Position numbers and translations under genes: made by a program
Notes under the pieces: generated by a model
Seen by the model: the letters and a program-made list of their open reading frames with translations, nothing else
Database searches by the model: none
What the model was told of the DNA's origin: nothing
In this document: piece by piece, positions 1 to 8,513 of the stretch
How positions within the stretch are numbered: position 1 is the stretch's first letter
Layout: every line of letters starts with the position of its first letter
Virus record (IMG/VR): IMGVR_UViG_3300022602_000036
Coordinates: 1 to 64,000 of that record
Length of the DNA stretch: 64,000 nucleotides
Source: a virus
Direction: 5' to 3' (one strand)

Positions 1-1
1 C

Positions 2-973
2 AGTGCGCTGATAGCAGCTGCTGGCATTAGCGGTGCAGGTGCTGGCGGAGCAGCCGCACTTGGCTTATTAAAAATGACTGATAAGTTATTGCAAGGTGAG
101 GAGTTTAGCACAGCCGCTGGACAAGGACTTAAAACAGGTGGCATGGCCTATGCTGCTGGTGCGTTAGGCAAAGCAATGAAAGGTGGAGATACAACTACTA
201 CATCGTCATCATTTAGTCAACACACCACAGGACTACAACCAGCAAGTCCGTGGGACATTCCAAGTGGAGTTAAACAACAATTTCCGCTTGATAAGTTTTC
301 ATATAAAACAGATGGTATAGATCTTAGTATCTATGACAAAGCAGGTAAACTAGTAGCAACAAGACCAAGTGTTGATGCTATGGAAAGTATTGTGCTTTCA
401 TCGGCACAGGTTAACCAACTGTTTGAACATATCCTTATTGCTGAAGGCTTATTTGATAAATTTAAAACAGCTGCGGCTAATGTTAGCAGAGGTATAGCAG
501 GCAAACATGCTCAAGGTAGAACCGCTAAAGGTACCTACGGCAAAGCAGGCCTGGGTGATAAAGCCGCAAATCTATTAGGCAAAGGTATTGGCGCAGTTAA
601 AAACAAAGCACAAACAGTAGGACATAACCTTACTACTAAAGTTACCGCAGACAAACTACAGGCCGCATGGAAGGCTGCTGGCAGTCCAACAGACAGCGAA
701 GCTATTGTAGATATATTACAAAAACAAGGTATTGATCCAGCAGTTATATCGGATGCAATGAAAGCAATTAACATTACCAAGGTTGATAGAAGTCGCCTAC
801 CTGATATTAGTAAATTAACACTACAACAAAAACAAGCACTATTAAAACAACTAGATGCACTTGACGCAAAACCAAACAGACCAAAGGCTATTAACAGAAA
901 AGCTGTACAAGTCCAATCACGTGATTATAAAGAATTTAAATATCTAGTAGACGGTATAAAGGCACGCATTTAA
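2..973 (+). CDS. Gly/Ala/Lys-rich hypothetical protein, 5'-truncated by the window edge; possibly virion-associated
   Basis: Frame is open from position 2 through ORF 74..973; stop overlaps the next start (TAATG). Confidence 0.7.
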   Translation, partial: SALIAAAGISGAGAGGAAALGLLKMTDKLLQGEEFSTAAGQGLKTGGMAYAAGALGKAMKGGDTTTTSSSFSQHTTGLQPASPWDIPSGVKQQFPLDKFSYKTDGIDLSIYDKAGKLVATRPSVDAMESIVLSSAQVNQLFEHILIAEGLFDKFKTAAANVSRGIAGKHAQGRTAKGTYGKAGLGDKAANLLGKGIGAVKNKAQTVGHNLTTKVTADKLQAAWKAAGSPTDSEAIVDILQKQGIDPAVISDAMKAINITKVDRSRLPDISKLTLQQKQALLKQLDALDAKPNRPKAINRKAVQVQSRDYKEFKYLVDGIKARI

Positions 974-2199
974 TGAAATTATTTGAAATAAAGAATCAAA
1001 CACCTAACTTCTTGCTAACAGAAAGCAAGAACACTCACCTTGAGCATTTAGAAGATTTGATCTTTAACAATGGCTATGCTGGCGCAGTAGAAGCATTAAA
1101 TTTCATTGAAAGCCTACGTCACATGCTAGGAGAAGGTACAGGTACTACTACCAAACTCACAGTCAAATGGGACGGCAGTCCAGCTATTATCTGTGGTATT
1201 GATCCTGCTGACAGCAAATTTTTTGTAGGCACTAAATCAGTGTTTTCTAAAGGTGAACCTAAACTCTGTAAGAAACCACAAGACGTACAACAGTTCTACG
1301 GTGATAAACCTGAACTAGCAGAAATACTATTAGCCGCACTAAAATATCTCAGCAAACTAGGCATTGGCGGAGTAGTACAAGGCGACCTAATGTTTACCCC
1401 TGGTAAAGTTACTAAGGTAGAAGTCAACGATGAGTTGTGCTATGTGTTTACACCTAACACTATTACCTACGCTGTACCAGTTGACAGTCATCTTGGTCAA
1501 CGCATCGCTAATGCACAACTAGGAATCATATTTCATACTACCTACACTGGTAACAGTATAGAAGAAATGACAGCTACATTTGGAGTTAATGTAAGTGGAT
1601 TCCATCAGACCAAAGCAGTATGGTTTGATGATGCTACCTATAAAGACTACACAGGAGTAGCTAGCCTAACACCTACAGAAGACAGCAAGATTAAAAAATA
1701 TCTAGCCTCAACCAAAGCTACTATGGAAAAGATTGGCCAACAACGCTTTGATGTTATACTAGCAGACAAAGAGTTTGGTCGCATGGTTAAACCATTTATC
1801 AATAAACTAGTACGCAGTGGAGTACATGCCGCAGAGCCTACACAATTTTTAAAAGATTTTATCGCACACTATAACAGTGAAATGATGAAAGGCGTAGAAG
1901 ATCCAACTAGCCGTGTTGCTAAAAATCGTGTTGAAAAGATCAAGCAAAAAGAACAATGGATCGCTGACAACAGCAACAACCTATTAGGCGTTCTAGCTAC
2001 CTACAAGCGTGTAGTAGAACTTAAGGGAATACTCTTACACAAACTAAGTCAAGTAGAAGGTATTGGTACATTCCAAAAAACAGCAGACGGATATAAAGTC
2101 ACAGCGCCAGAAGGCTTTGTAGCTATAGGACATGATGGTGGCGCTGTTAAACTAGTTGATCGTCTAGCATTCAGCAGAATTAACTTCTTAAACAAATAA
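973..2199 (+). CDS. DUF6267-like phage protein with covalent nucleotidyltransferase (ligase-type) motifs
   Basis: KNTHLEHLED N-terminus; KWDG, VVQGDLMF, PEGFV and VKLV resemble ligase motifs I, III, IV, V. Confidence 0.65.
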   Translation: MKLFEIKNQTPNFLLTESKNTHLEHLEDLIFNNGYAGAVEALNFIESLRHMLGEGTGTTTKLTVKWDGSPAIICGIDPADSKFFVGTKSVFSKGEPKLCKKPQDVQQFYGDKPELAEILLAALKYLSKLGIGGVVQGDLMFTPGKVTKVEVNDELCYVFTPNTITYAVPVDSHLGQRIANAQLGIIFHTTYTGNSIEEMTATFGVNVSGFHQTKAVWFDDATYKDYTGVASLTPTEDSKIKKYLASTKATMEKIGQQRFDVILADKEFGRMVKPFINKLVRSGVHAAEPTQFLKDFIAHYNSEMMKGVEDPTSRVAKNRVEKIKQKEQWIADNSNNLLGVLATYKRVVELKGILLHKLSQVEGIGTFQKTADGYKVTAPEGFVAIGHDGGAVKLVDRLAFSRINFLNK

Positions 2200-2273
2200 T
2201 CTAGTCAGTTAACTTTTTGTATTTTGGCTAAATAATAGTATGCGCACTGCGCACAAACTTAGGAGAAATACAA

Positions 2274-2624
2274 ATGTCATACACAACAATCGCACGTATT
2301 AACGGTTTCCCACAACCAACCGATGGTTTAAATGGTAACTTAACCATTACAGGTCGTACGCTAACACATTACACTGTTACATACGCAAACATTGGTTCAA
2401 ACCCATACACAGTTGGTTCAAACTTTGATTTACTAGTTAAAGCAATTGAAACAATTGGTTCTATTGAACTTTTAGGTGATCCAACAATTGGTACACCATG
2501 GCCAAGTAGCTTCCGTGTTGCTATCTCAGGTGCAGCTCCATCAGCATCAAGTGGTACAGGTAACTTACAAGGTATTTGTTCAGCAGCAGTTTCTGGTACA
2601 ACAGTTGCATCATTCGTTTACTAA
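2274..2624 (+). CDS. Hypothetical protein, probably structural
   Basis: AGGAG RBS, upstream TAAATA motif, downstream terminator. Confidence 0.75.
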   Translation: MSYTTIARINGFPQPTDGLNGNLTITGRTLTHYTVTYANIGSNPYTVGSNFDLLVKAIETIGSIELLGDPTIGTPWPSSFRVAISGAAPSASSGTGNLQGICSAAVSGTTVASFVY

Positions 2625-2651
2625 TATCTAAACGAAAGTACTAAACTTAAG

Positions 2652-2678
2652 AAAGGCACTTTTATAAGTGCCTTTTTT
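2652..2678 (+). terminator. Rho-independent terminator
   Basis: AAAGGCACT-tttata-AGTGCCTTT followed by a T run. Confidence 0.85.
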
Positions 2679-2696
2679 ATTGGCCATAAATACCTA

Positions 2697-3128
2697 GTGG
2701 ACGATCAAAGATACATCTATCAAGCATATACTCTAGTAGACATTACCCCAACAGGGCGAACGATATACTCACGAGAACATGAACTTGAACGCAATCAACA
2801 GCGTAACTGGGAAACTGTTCTACAACTTATAAATCTACGCACACAAACTGAAATCTTAGAAACGGCCAATTCAGTAAAAAATATTAAAAATCTTGATCAG
2901 GTGTTTGGCGTTAACTACACAGGCAAACATAGAGTTTGGAGTTTTAAATTTTCAGTAGACTATGCAGAAGTCTATAGAGAAGGTGCAGATTTATATGGAC
3001 TACTAAAAAGTGATTTTAAGCTGACCCCAGTAATCCTAGGTCTCACAGAAACTGCACATCCAAATCAACCTATATTTTACACTAGCGGTCCGTGGAAAAA
3101 CATATACTTTAACGCTCTACCACACTAA
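2697..3128 (+). CDS. Hypothetical protein
   Basis: 143-aa ORF with GTG start just after ATAAATA. Confidence 0.7.
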   Translation: MDDQRYIYQAYTLVDITPTGRTIYSREHELERNQQRNWETVLQLINLRTQTEILETANSVKNIKNLDQVFGVNYTGKHRVWSFKFSVDYAEVYREGADLYGLLKSDFKLTPVILGLTETAHPNQPIFYTSGPWKNIYFNALPH

Positions 3129-3147
3129 CTAAATACTTTAGATGCTA

Positions 3148-3193
3148 TAGGCATTCATTAAGGCACATATTAAGGCACATTATTAAGGCTCAT
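3148..3193 (+). repeat. Four imperfect tandem copies of TAAGGCACAT enclosed by a GATGCT/AGCATC stem
   Basis: taggcattcat taaggcacatat taaggcacattat taaggctcat; inverted arms at 3141-3146 and 3202-3207. Confidence 0.8.
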
Positions 3194-3226
3194 CAAAAAA
3201 CAGCATCGCTCATACAGGAAAGCGAG

Positions 3227-3490
3227 ATGCCAGGTCCATCAGAAATTGAGAAACAGAGCTTAGAAGCCCACGTTGAAATATGTGCCGTAAGGTACAGCAA
3301 CTTGGAAACTAAACTATCTAATTTAGAACATCGTATGGATAAACTTGAAGGCTACCTAGTCAGCATCAAGGAAAGTCTAGACGACAAACTTGAAGGTCGC
3401 GGCAAACAAAGCGTCAGCATCATCGTCACCATCTTAAGTGTTGTCCTGACTGGTCTACTAGGTTTATTAGCCCACATCGTGTTCAAGTAA
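3227..3490 (+). CDS. Coiled-coil protein with C-terminal transmembrane helix
   Basis: Heptad region followed by hydrophobic IIVTILSVVLTGLLGLLAHIVF. Confidence 0.7.
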   Translation: MPGPSEIEKQSLEAHVEICAVRYSNLETKLSNLEHRMDKLEGYLVSIKESLDDKLEGRGKQSVSIIVTILSVVLTGLLGLLAHIVFK

Positions 3491-3501
3491 TAAATACTTG
3501 C

Positions 3502-3711
3502 ATGAAGATCGTAGAATTAACTAATAAAATACTATTACCTATCACTAACGAAGAGAAAGACCTTCTTGAACGTTTTATAGGTGAAACCCCTATTGCAAAA
3601 AATCAACTCAATGAACGTGAACAAGTGATTGCTAATCATTTGACTACTAAAGACGTGTTACTTCGAACCAATGACTCCGGCAAAATCTACTACAAAAAAC
3701 GCATCGGCTGA
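3502..3711 (+). CDS. Hypothetical protein (MKIVEL N-terminus)
   Basis: ORF directly after ATAAATA. Confidence 0.65.
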   Translation: MKIVELTNKILLPITNEEKDLLERFIGETPIAKNQLNEREQVIANHLTTKDVLLRTNDSGKIYYKKRIG

Positions 3712-4168
3712 GTTTGATGTAGAAAAGATACGTCGTTTTACACAAACAGAATTATCTAATCTAACACAAACCAACAATGAATTGCCCTTTTGTTATCAAA
3801 TAGGCAGTGATGTTCTTGTGGGTCGTTACCGTGTGGTTAAGATCAATGACAAATGTTGGCGTGTAATGGATCAAGAACAGCAGATATTTGACTTTTTTAG
3901 TCGTAAAGATGCTATATTTTACTGTATTGCCCTGCATAAACAAAAATTACAGTTAGCTAACGATATCAAAGACAGCGACAGCTTGTTAAACAGACTAGAG
4001 TTTGAAGCCACATTGTATCGTCAAAGATACAAAAAAGCCATAACAAACGGCGATAGTTGGAGTGAAGAATACTATTCAACACGCTATCAAGAGGTTATGC
4101 AACGTATTGATAGCACTAAAAAAGAAATTAAGAAAAATCTAGATCTGGCTAAATATATTAAAGTCTAA
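3671..4168 (+). CDS. Hypothetical protein
   Basis: 165-aa ORF in operon. Confidence 0.7.
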   Translation: MTPAKSTTKNASAEFDVEKIRRFTQTELSNLTQTNNELPFCYQIGSDVLVGRYRVVKINDKCWRVMDQEQQIFDFFSRKDAIFYCIALHKQKLQLANDIKDSDSLLNRLEFEATLYRQRYKKAITNGDSWSEEYYSTRYQEVMQRIDSTKKEIKKNLDLAKYIKV

Positions 4169-4184
4169 ACAGGAATCGGACCAT

Positions 4185-4877
4185 ATGAAACTTTCAGAAA
4201 TGGCAGTAAAATCAGCCAAAAAATATAATAAATTAATGGAAAGCCGCTTTGGTTTTGCTATTAATTTTAACAGCTTAACTGTTAGCAAAGCAGAGCAATT
4301 AAGCGAAACAATCACAGCTAACCTAAACAAGATCCGCCACAGTGTGGACCTACACACTGCTGAACGTAATCCACGTTATATGGAATTACTTACAGTGCGT
4401 GAAAGTATCAATACATGGTTAGAAGAACAACGTCGTCAACTTAACGAAGGTGAAGTTGGCAGTGCTGAAGTTTTACTAGCTGCTAAGAACATGGTTGACA
4501 GTGTACAAGACGCTATTGAAAAAGTAGGTAAAATGCAAAATGAGCAATTACCTGAACTACTAGATTCAATCCGTGATCAAATTGGCGCTGAACAAGCTGA
4601 CGGCTTTAAAAACGCAGTAGGTGAAACACTAGCAACTCTAATGTCGAACCTACAACAAGCACGTGAAGGCGTTGACAATGGCGTTCGTATTTTATCAGGC
4701 GAGCAAGTTGACAATCCAATGGACATTGGAGGTGCAGACTTACCAGGTGATGAACTAGGCGGTGATTTACCACCAGCCCCAGTTAGTGATTTAGATTCTG
4801 AAGAAGACACTGATGGATTTGCAGCCAGCGATGCAGCAGTTGGTGGATCTGAAGAACTTGGCCGCGAACGTCGTTAA
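4185..4877 (+). CDS. Hypothetical helical protein with acidic tail, possibly head core/internal protein
   Basis: MKLSEM N-terminus, coiled-coil body, D/E/G/P-rich C-terminus. Confidence 0.7.
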   Translation: MKLSEMAVKSAKKYNKLMESRFGFAINFNSLTVSKAEQLSETITANLNKIRHSVDLHTAERNPRYMELLTVRESINTWLEEQRRQLNEGEVGSAEVLLAAKNMVDSVQDAIEKVGKMQNEQLPELLDSIRDQIGAEQADGFKNAVGETLATLMSNLQQAREGVDNGVRILSGEQVDNPMDIGGADLPGDELGGDLPPAPVSDLDSEEDTDGFAASDAAVGGSEELGRERR

Positions 4878-4879
4878 TC

Positions 4880-5269
4880 GTGCGCTTACATGAATTTACA
4901 CATAGCCCAAAAAACACTCCAGAGTCAAATTTAACAACGGCTCTGGAGCTTATTCGCAATCGTTACAAAGATCAAGACACACCTCCAAAAATTTCAACAC
5001 AGAGTCTAATCAATCTTGTGCTTAACACAGACAAGACATTTGATTATGACGCACTGGTTGCTGCTAACACTAACAATCCAGCAATTCAAAATATTATCAA
5101 AAGCTACAATAAAGATTATATAGAATTACGTCCGGCCGGTGAAGATAATGATAGCTCAGCAACAGTAGAAAATCCTAAAGGTCAAGATGTAGACCCAAAT
5201 GCACCAGTGGACACAGTTGGTGATATGGCTAAATCCGCGGCCAAAAAACGCGGCGCCGCAGGATTCTAG
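4880..5269 (+). CDS. Hypothetical protein (MRLHEF N-terminus)
   Basis: 129-aa ORF in operon. Confidence 0.7.
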   Translation: MRLHEFTHSPKNTPESNLTTALELIRNRYKDQDTPPKISTQSLINLVLNTDKTFDYDALVAANTNNPAIQNIIKSYNKDYIELRPAGEDNDSSATVENPKGQDVDPNAPVDTVGDMAKSAAKKRGAAGF

Positions 5270-5282
5270 TATTAAATACTAG

Positions 5283-6101
5283 ATGATTCGTTTATTCCCT
5301 GGAGTAGAATTCTATATAACCAACGTCTGTAATCTCACCTGTCGCGGGTGTAATCGCTTTAATAATTTAAATTTCAAAGGACATCAACGTTGGGCAGATC
5401 ATGCGGCTGCATATGAAGCATGGAGTCGTCGTTTAGATCTACCGCAGATTACTATCATAGGTGGAGAACCTACACTTAATCCTGATTTAGAATTATGGGT
5501 TAGTAATCTAAGGCGCCTATGGCCTGACAGTGTTATTATGGTGCAGACTAACGGCACCTATCAACGTCCTGAACATTTAACCTATTGGGACAAATATCGT
5601 GTGGGGTTTGGATTAAGTTTGCATGATCCTGCAACAGCAGAAGAACTAAAAGCCAAGTGGAAATACCATGCTGGCGAAATAGAAGCCTATGTATTCCATC
5701 AATCAACAGTGATCAAACAAGATGATCATTATGTGTTACACAACAGCGACACTGTAAAAGCATTTAATAGTTGTGATATGAAACACGACCATACTATGTA
5801 TCAGGGCAAACTATATAAGTGTCCAGCAATGAGCAATTTACCAGATTTTGATCAACAGTTTGATTTACGGTTGGATACTAGACAACGTGAATTGCTATAC
5901 AGTTACCAACCACTGTCAGCGGACTGCTCAGAAGAAGACCTACAAGAATTTGCCGCAACCGTAGATACACCTATAGCACAATGTGAATTTTGCCCGCAGG
6001 ATCTACAGTGGCACACTGCCCTAGGCGAACTTAAAGAAAATCTACCAAAACCTACGTTTGCTCCGCCAGTAACAGAAGCTGAATTAAAATTCTACAAATA
6101 G
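5283..6101 (+). CDS. Radical SAM protein
   Basis: CNLTCRGC (CxxxCxxC), GGEP, TNG and extra C-terminal Cys. Confidence 0.9.
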   Translation: MIRLFPGVEFYITNVCNLTCRGCNRFNNLNFKGHQRWADHAAAYEAWSRRLDLPQITIIGGEPTLNPDLELWVSNLRRLWPDSVIMVQTNGTYQRPEHLTYWDKYRVGFGLSLHDPATAEELKAKWKYHAGEIEAYVFHQSTVIKQDDHYVLHNSDTVKAFNSCDMKHDHTMYQGKLYKCPAMSNLPDFDQQFDLRLDTRQRELLYSYQPLSADCSEEDLQEFAATVDTPIAQCEFCPQDLQWHTALGELKENLPKPTFAPPVTEAELKFYK

Positions 6102-6185
6102 CTTGACACAACACAATAAATACTTTAGTATTTTAGTATACTATTGTTTTTCACATGCTTGTGCGCCAAGATGATAAATACTTGT

Positions 6186-6773
6186 ATGAAAAACAAATAT
6201 GGTATTATTAAGAAGTGTTTATATTGCGGAAATGACTTTGAAACTAAACCTCGTTTCTTAGATTATTGTTCTCAAAAATGTAAAAATCCTTTAAATAGAG
6301 GAGAATATGATCCCTGGAATAAAGGGGTTAAACTTACAGAAGAACAAAAAGCAAAACAAAATACAAGCGGGCTTACAAAAGGTTGGGGATGGAATAAAGG
6401 CATACCAAATCAACTCCAATCAGAAAAATGGACAGGCAAAGGAAATCCCAATTGGGATGGAAAAATTAATAATCAACGCCCTAAGAATTATGTAGATGAT
6501 GAATTTACAGCATACAAAAGAGAATGTAAAAAAGCAACATATCGTTCTTGGTACGCTATGAAGAAAGAAGGTATGGTTCCCAAATTAGGCAAAAGAAAAA
6601 CAGATTGGCAAATGGATCATATTATTCCGTACGAACAGGGATTTCAATTGGGGATAGATCCTAAAATAATTGGCGGTAGAAAGAATCTAAGATTTATATT
6701 AGGTGAAGAAAACAGAAGTAAATGGGATAGTTTCCAACCTGATGATGTTGTTAAATCTATTATAGGAGATTAA
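6186..6773 (+). CDS. Free-standing HNH homing endonuclease
   Basis: CLYC...CSQKC Zn finger, PWNKG/GWNKG NUMOD-like repeats, DHIIP..NL..N motif. Start moved to ATG 6186 after ATAAATA. Confidence 0.8.
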   Translation: MKNKYGIIKKCLYCGNDFETKPRFLDYCSQKCKNPLNRGEYDPWNKGVKLTEEQKAKQNTSGLTKGWGWNKGIPNQLQSEKWTGKGNPNWDGKINNQRPKNYVDDEFTAYKRECKKATYRSWYAMKKEGMVPKLGKRKTDWQMDHIIPYEQGFQLGIDPKIIGGRKNLRFILGEENRSKWDSFQPDDVVKSIIGD

Positions 6774-6774
6774 A

Positions 6775-7171
6775 ATGTCTTACAGCACAAAAGTGCTTGA
6801 CCATTACGAAAATCCAAGAAATGTTGGAAGCATGAATAAGGAGGATCCGCAAGTTGGCACAGGTATGGTTGGTGCGCCAGCTTGCGGATGACGGAGATGT
6901 AATGAAGCTCCAGATAAAAGTGGAGAATGGAATTATAACAGATGCAAAATTCAAAACCTATGGCTGTGGCTCAGCGATTGCTAGCTCGTCTCTTGTTACA
7001 GAAATGCTCAAAGGCAGAACGCTCAAGGAAGCTGGTGAAATTAAGAACTCAGCGATTGCAGAAGAACTCGCATTACCGCCCGTTAAGATACACTGTTCGG
7101 TGCTTGCTGAGGATGCAATCAAATCAGCTATAGAAGATTATAGGAAGAAACATGATAACCTTAACAGCTAA
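6775..7171 (+). CDS. iscU: Fe-S scaffold IscU, interrupted after Cys37-Gly38 by 7 extra nt containing TGA (candidate programmed bypass, or a split gene/pseudogene)
   Basis: 6775 reads MSYSTKVLDHYENPRNVG...GAPACG then stops; the +1 frame continues GDVMKLQIKV...GCGSAIAS...LPPVKIHC. Confidence 0.9.
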
Positions 7172-7472
7172 TGCCGCAAAAAAAATGCAAGATGCCTTGT
7201 ACAATCGCAAGAAAGGTATAGGCATGCGTATTGGTGTGCGCACCAGTGGCTGTAGTGGTTTTGCTTACTTGCTAGAATTTGCTGATCAAACGTTTGATGG
7301 CGATCTTGAAATAGAAGAACGCGGCGTTACTCTTATAATCAATAAAAAAGACCTAGTATACCTACAGGGTATGGAAATAGATTATACCAAAAAAGGTCTT
7401 AATGAAGGTTTTGAGTTTGCTAACCCTAACGAGAAAGCACGTTGTGGGTGCGGCGAATCATTTACTGTTTGA
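7152..7472 (+). CDS. iscA: Fe-S cluster A-type carrier IscA
   Basis: MITLT, SGCSG and CGCGESF motifs. Confidence 0.95.
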   Translation: MITLTANAAKKMQDALYNRKKGIGMRIGVRTSGCSGFAYLLEFADQTFDGDLEIEERGVTLIINKKDLVYLQGMEIDYTKKGLNEGFEFANPNEKARCGCGESFTV

Positions 7473-7497
7473 CCTTTTCTAATTAGTACTATATACT
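7469..7497 (+). promoter_or_regulatory. Sigma70-type promoter giving a leaderless mRNA
   Basis: TTGACC-17-TATACT, then 6 nt and ATG 7504. Confidence 0.65.
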
Positions 7498-7503
7498 AGT
7501 ACT

Positions 7504-8217
7504 ATGCTTATACAACGATACGACTATACCCCCATCTCTCGTGACACTGTTGAAGGAAAAAGACTCTACACCCTGCCAGATGGCAGCAGAGTTCCTAGTG
7601 TTACAACAATCTTAGACAAGACTAAACCTCGAGAAAAAGTAGAAGCTCTTAACAACTGGCGTAAAGCCGTAGGCGAAAAGAAAGCACAGGAAATTACCAC
7701 AGAAGCTGCCAGCCGCGGTACACGTATGCACAAGTGGTTAGAAGACTATGTGCGTAACGATCGCCAATTAGGAACCCCTGGTACTAATCCCAACAGTCAA
7801 CAAAGCTATGCTATGGCACAGCAGATTATAGAACATGGGCTTAAACACGTAGATGAAGTATGGGGCATTGAAGTGCCCTTATATGTTCCCGGCTTGTATG
7901 CAGGCACTACAGATGCCTGTGGAGTGTACAAAGGCCAGCCCGCAATTTTAGACTACAAACAGACCAATAAACCTAAGAAAAAGGAGTGGATTGAAGACTA
8001 TTTCCTTCAATTATGCGCCTATGCTGCCGCACATAATGAAGTCCATGGCACAGACATTCGACAGGGTGTAATCTTAATGGCTGTGGCACCTAAAATACTA
8101 GCAGAAGGCGGCTTTGAAAAACCTGAATTCCAAACCTGGACTGTAGAAGGTGCTGAGTGGAACATCTGGATGGATCGCTGGTTTGATAGAGTTGAACAGT
8201 ATTATAAACTAGCATAA
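7504..8217 (+). CDS. PD-(D/E)xK exonuclease
   Basis: PSVTTIL, RGTRMH, AGTTD, LDYK and QLCAY motifs. Confidence 0.85.
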   Translation: MLIQRYDYTPISRDTVEGKRLYTLPDGSRVPSVTTILDKTKPREKVEALNNWRKAVGEKKAQEITTEAASRGTRMHKWLEDYVRNDRQLGTPGTNPNSQQSYAMAQQIIEHGLKHVDEVWGIEVPLYVPGLYAGTTDACGVYKGQPAILDYKQTNKPKKKEWIEDYFLQLCAYAAAHNEVHGTDIRQGVILMAVAPKILAEGGFEKPEFQTWTVEGAEWNIWMDRWFDRVEQYYKLA

Positions 8218-8244
8218 ATACTAGATACAAAGTAAGGTGTAACC

Positions 8245-8511
8245 ATGTCAGAAATAACTAATATACAGCCAATTAGCACAACTCAGTCAGCTGTGTCAGC
8301 TATCAATCAAATAGAAGGTCGCGTATTTGACAAAGATGGTGTAACTAATTATGGTGTTGTTGCAGAAGAATTAGCAGTTACATTCCCAGAATTTGTAGAT
8401 TTATCAAATCCCAGTAATCCAGTAGTAAACTATAATGGTATTATTGCTTATCTAGTTAATGCTATTCATGAACTCAATGGTAGGGTACAAAATTTAGAGG
8501 ATAGTAATTAA
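8245..8511 (+). CDS. Stand-alone tail-fibre chaperone-like domain (peptidase S74-like)
   Basis: YGVVAEEL...PEFV...VNYNGIIAYLVNAIHEL...LE pattern. Confidence 0.6.
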   Translation: MSEITNIQPISTTQSAVSAINQIEGRVFDKDGVTNYGVVAEELAVTFPEFVDLSNPSNPVVNYNGIIAYLVNAIHELNGRVQNLEDSN

Positions 8512-8513
8512 TC

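Noticed and set aside
3148-3193. Mini CRISPR array
   Set aside because: Units are about 12 nt and adjacent, with no spacers
6889-6891. TGA in iscU read as selenocysteine or Trp (genome-wide recoding)
   Set aside because: In-frame read-through gives non-IscU sequence that soon ends at a TAG; TGA and TAG act as normal stops throughout the window
6854-7171. ORF-track start for iscU (MAQVWLVRQL...)
   Set aside because: The first 13 residues are an out-of-frame reading; the real IscU N-terminus begins at 6775. Kept only as an alternative re-initiation model
7504-8217. Cas4 or a CRISPR system
   Set aside because: No Cas4 Fe-S cysteines, no other cas genes and no repeat-spacer array seen; this is an ordinary phage PD-(D/E)xK exonuclease
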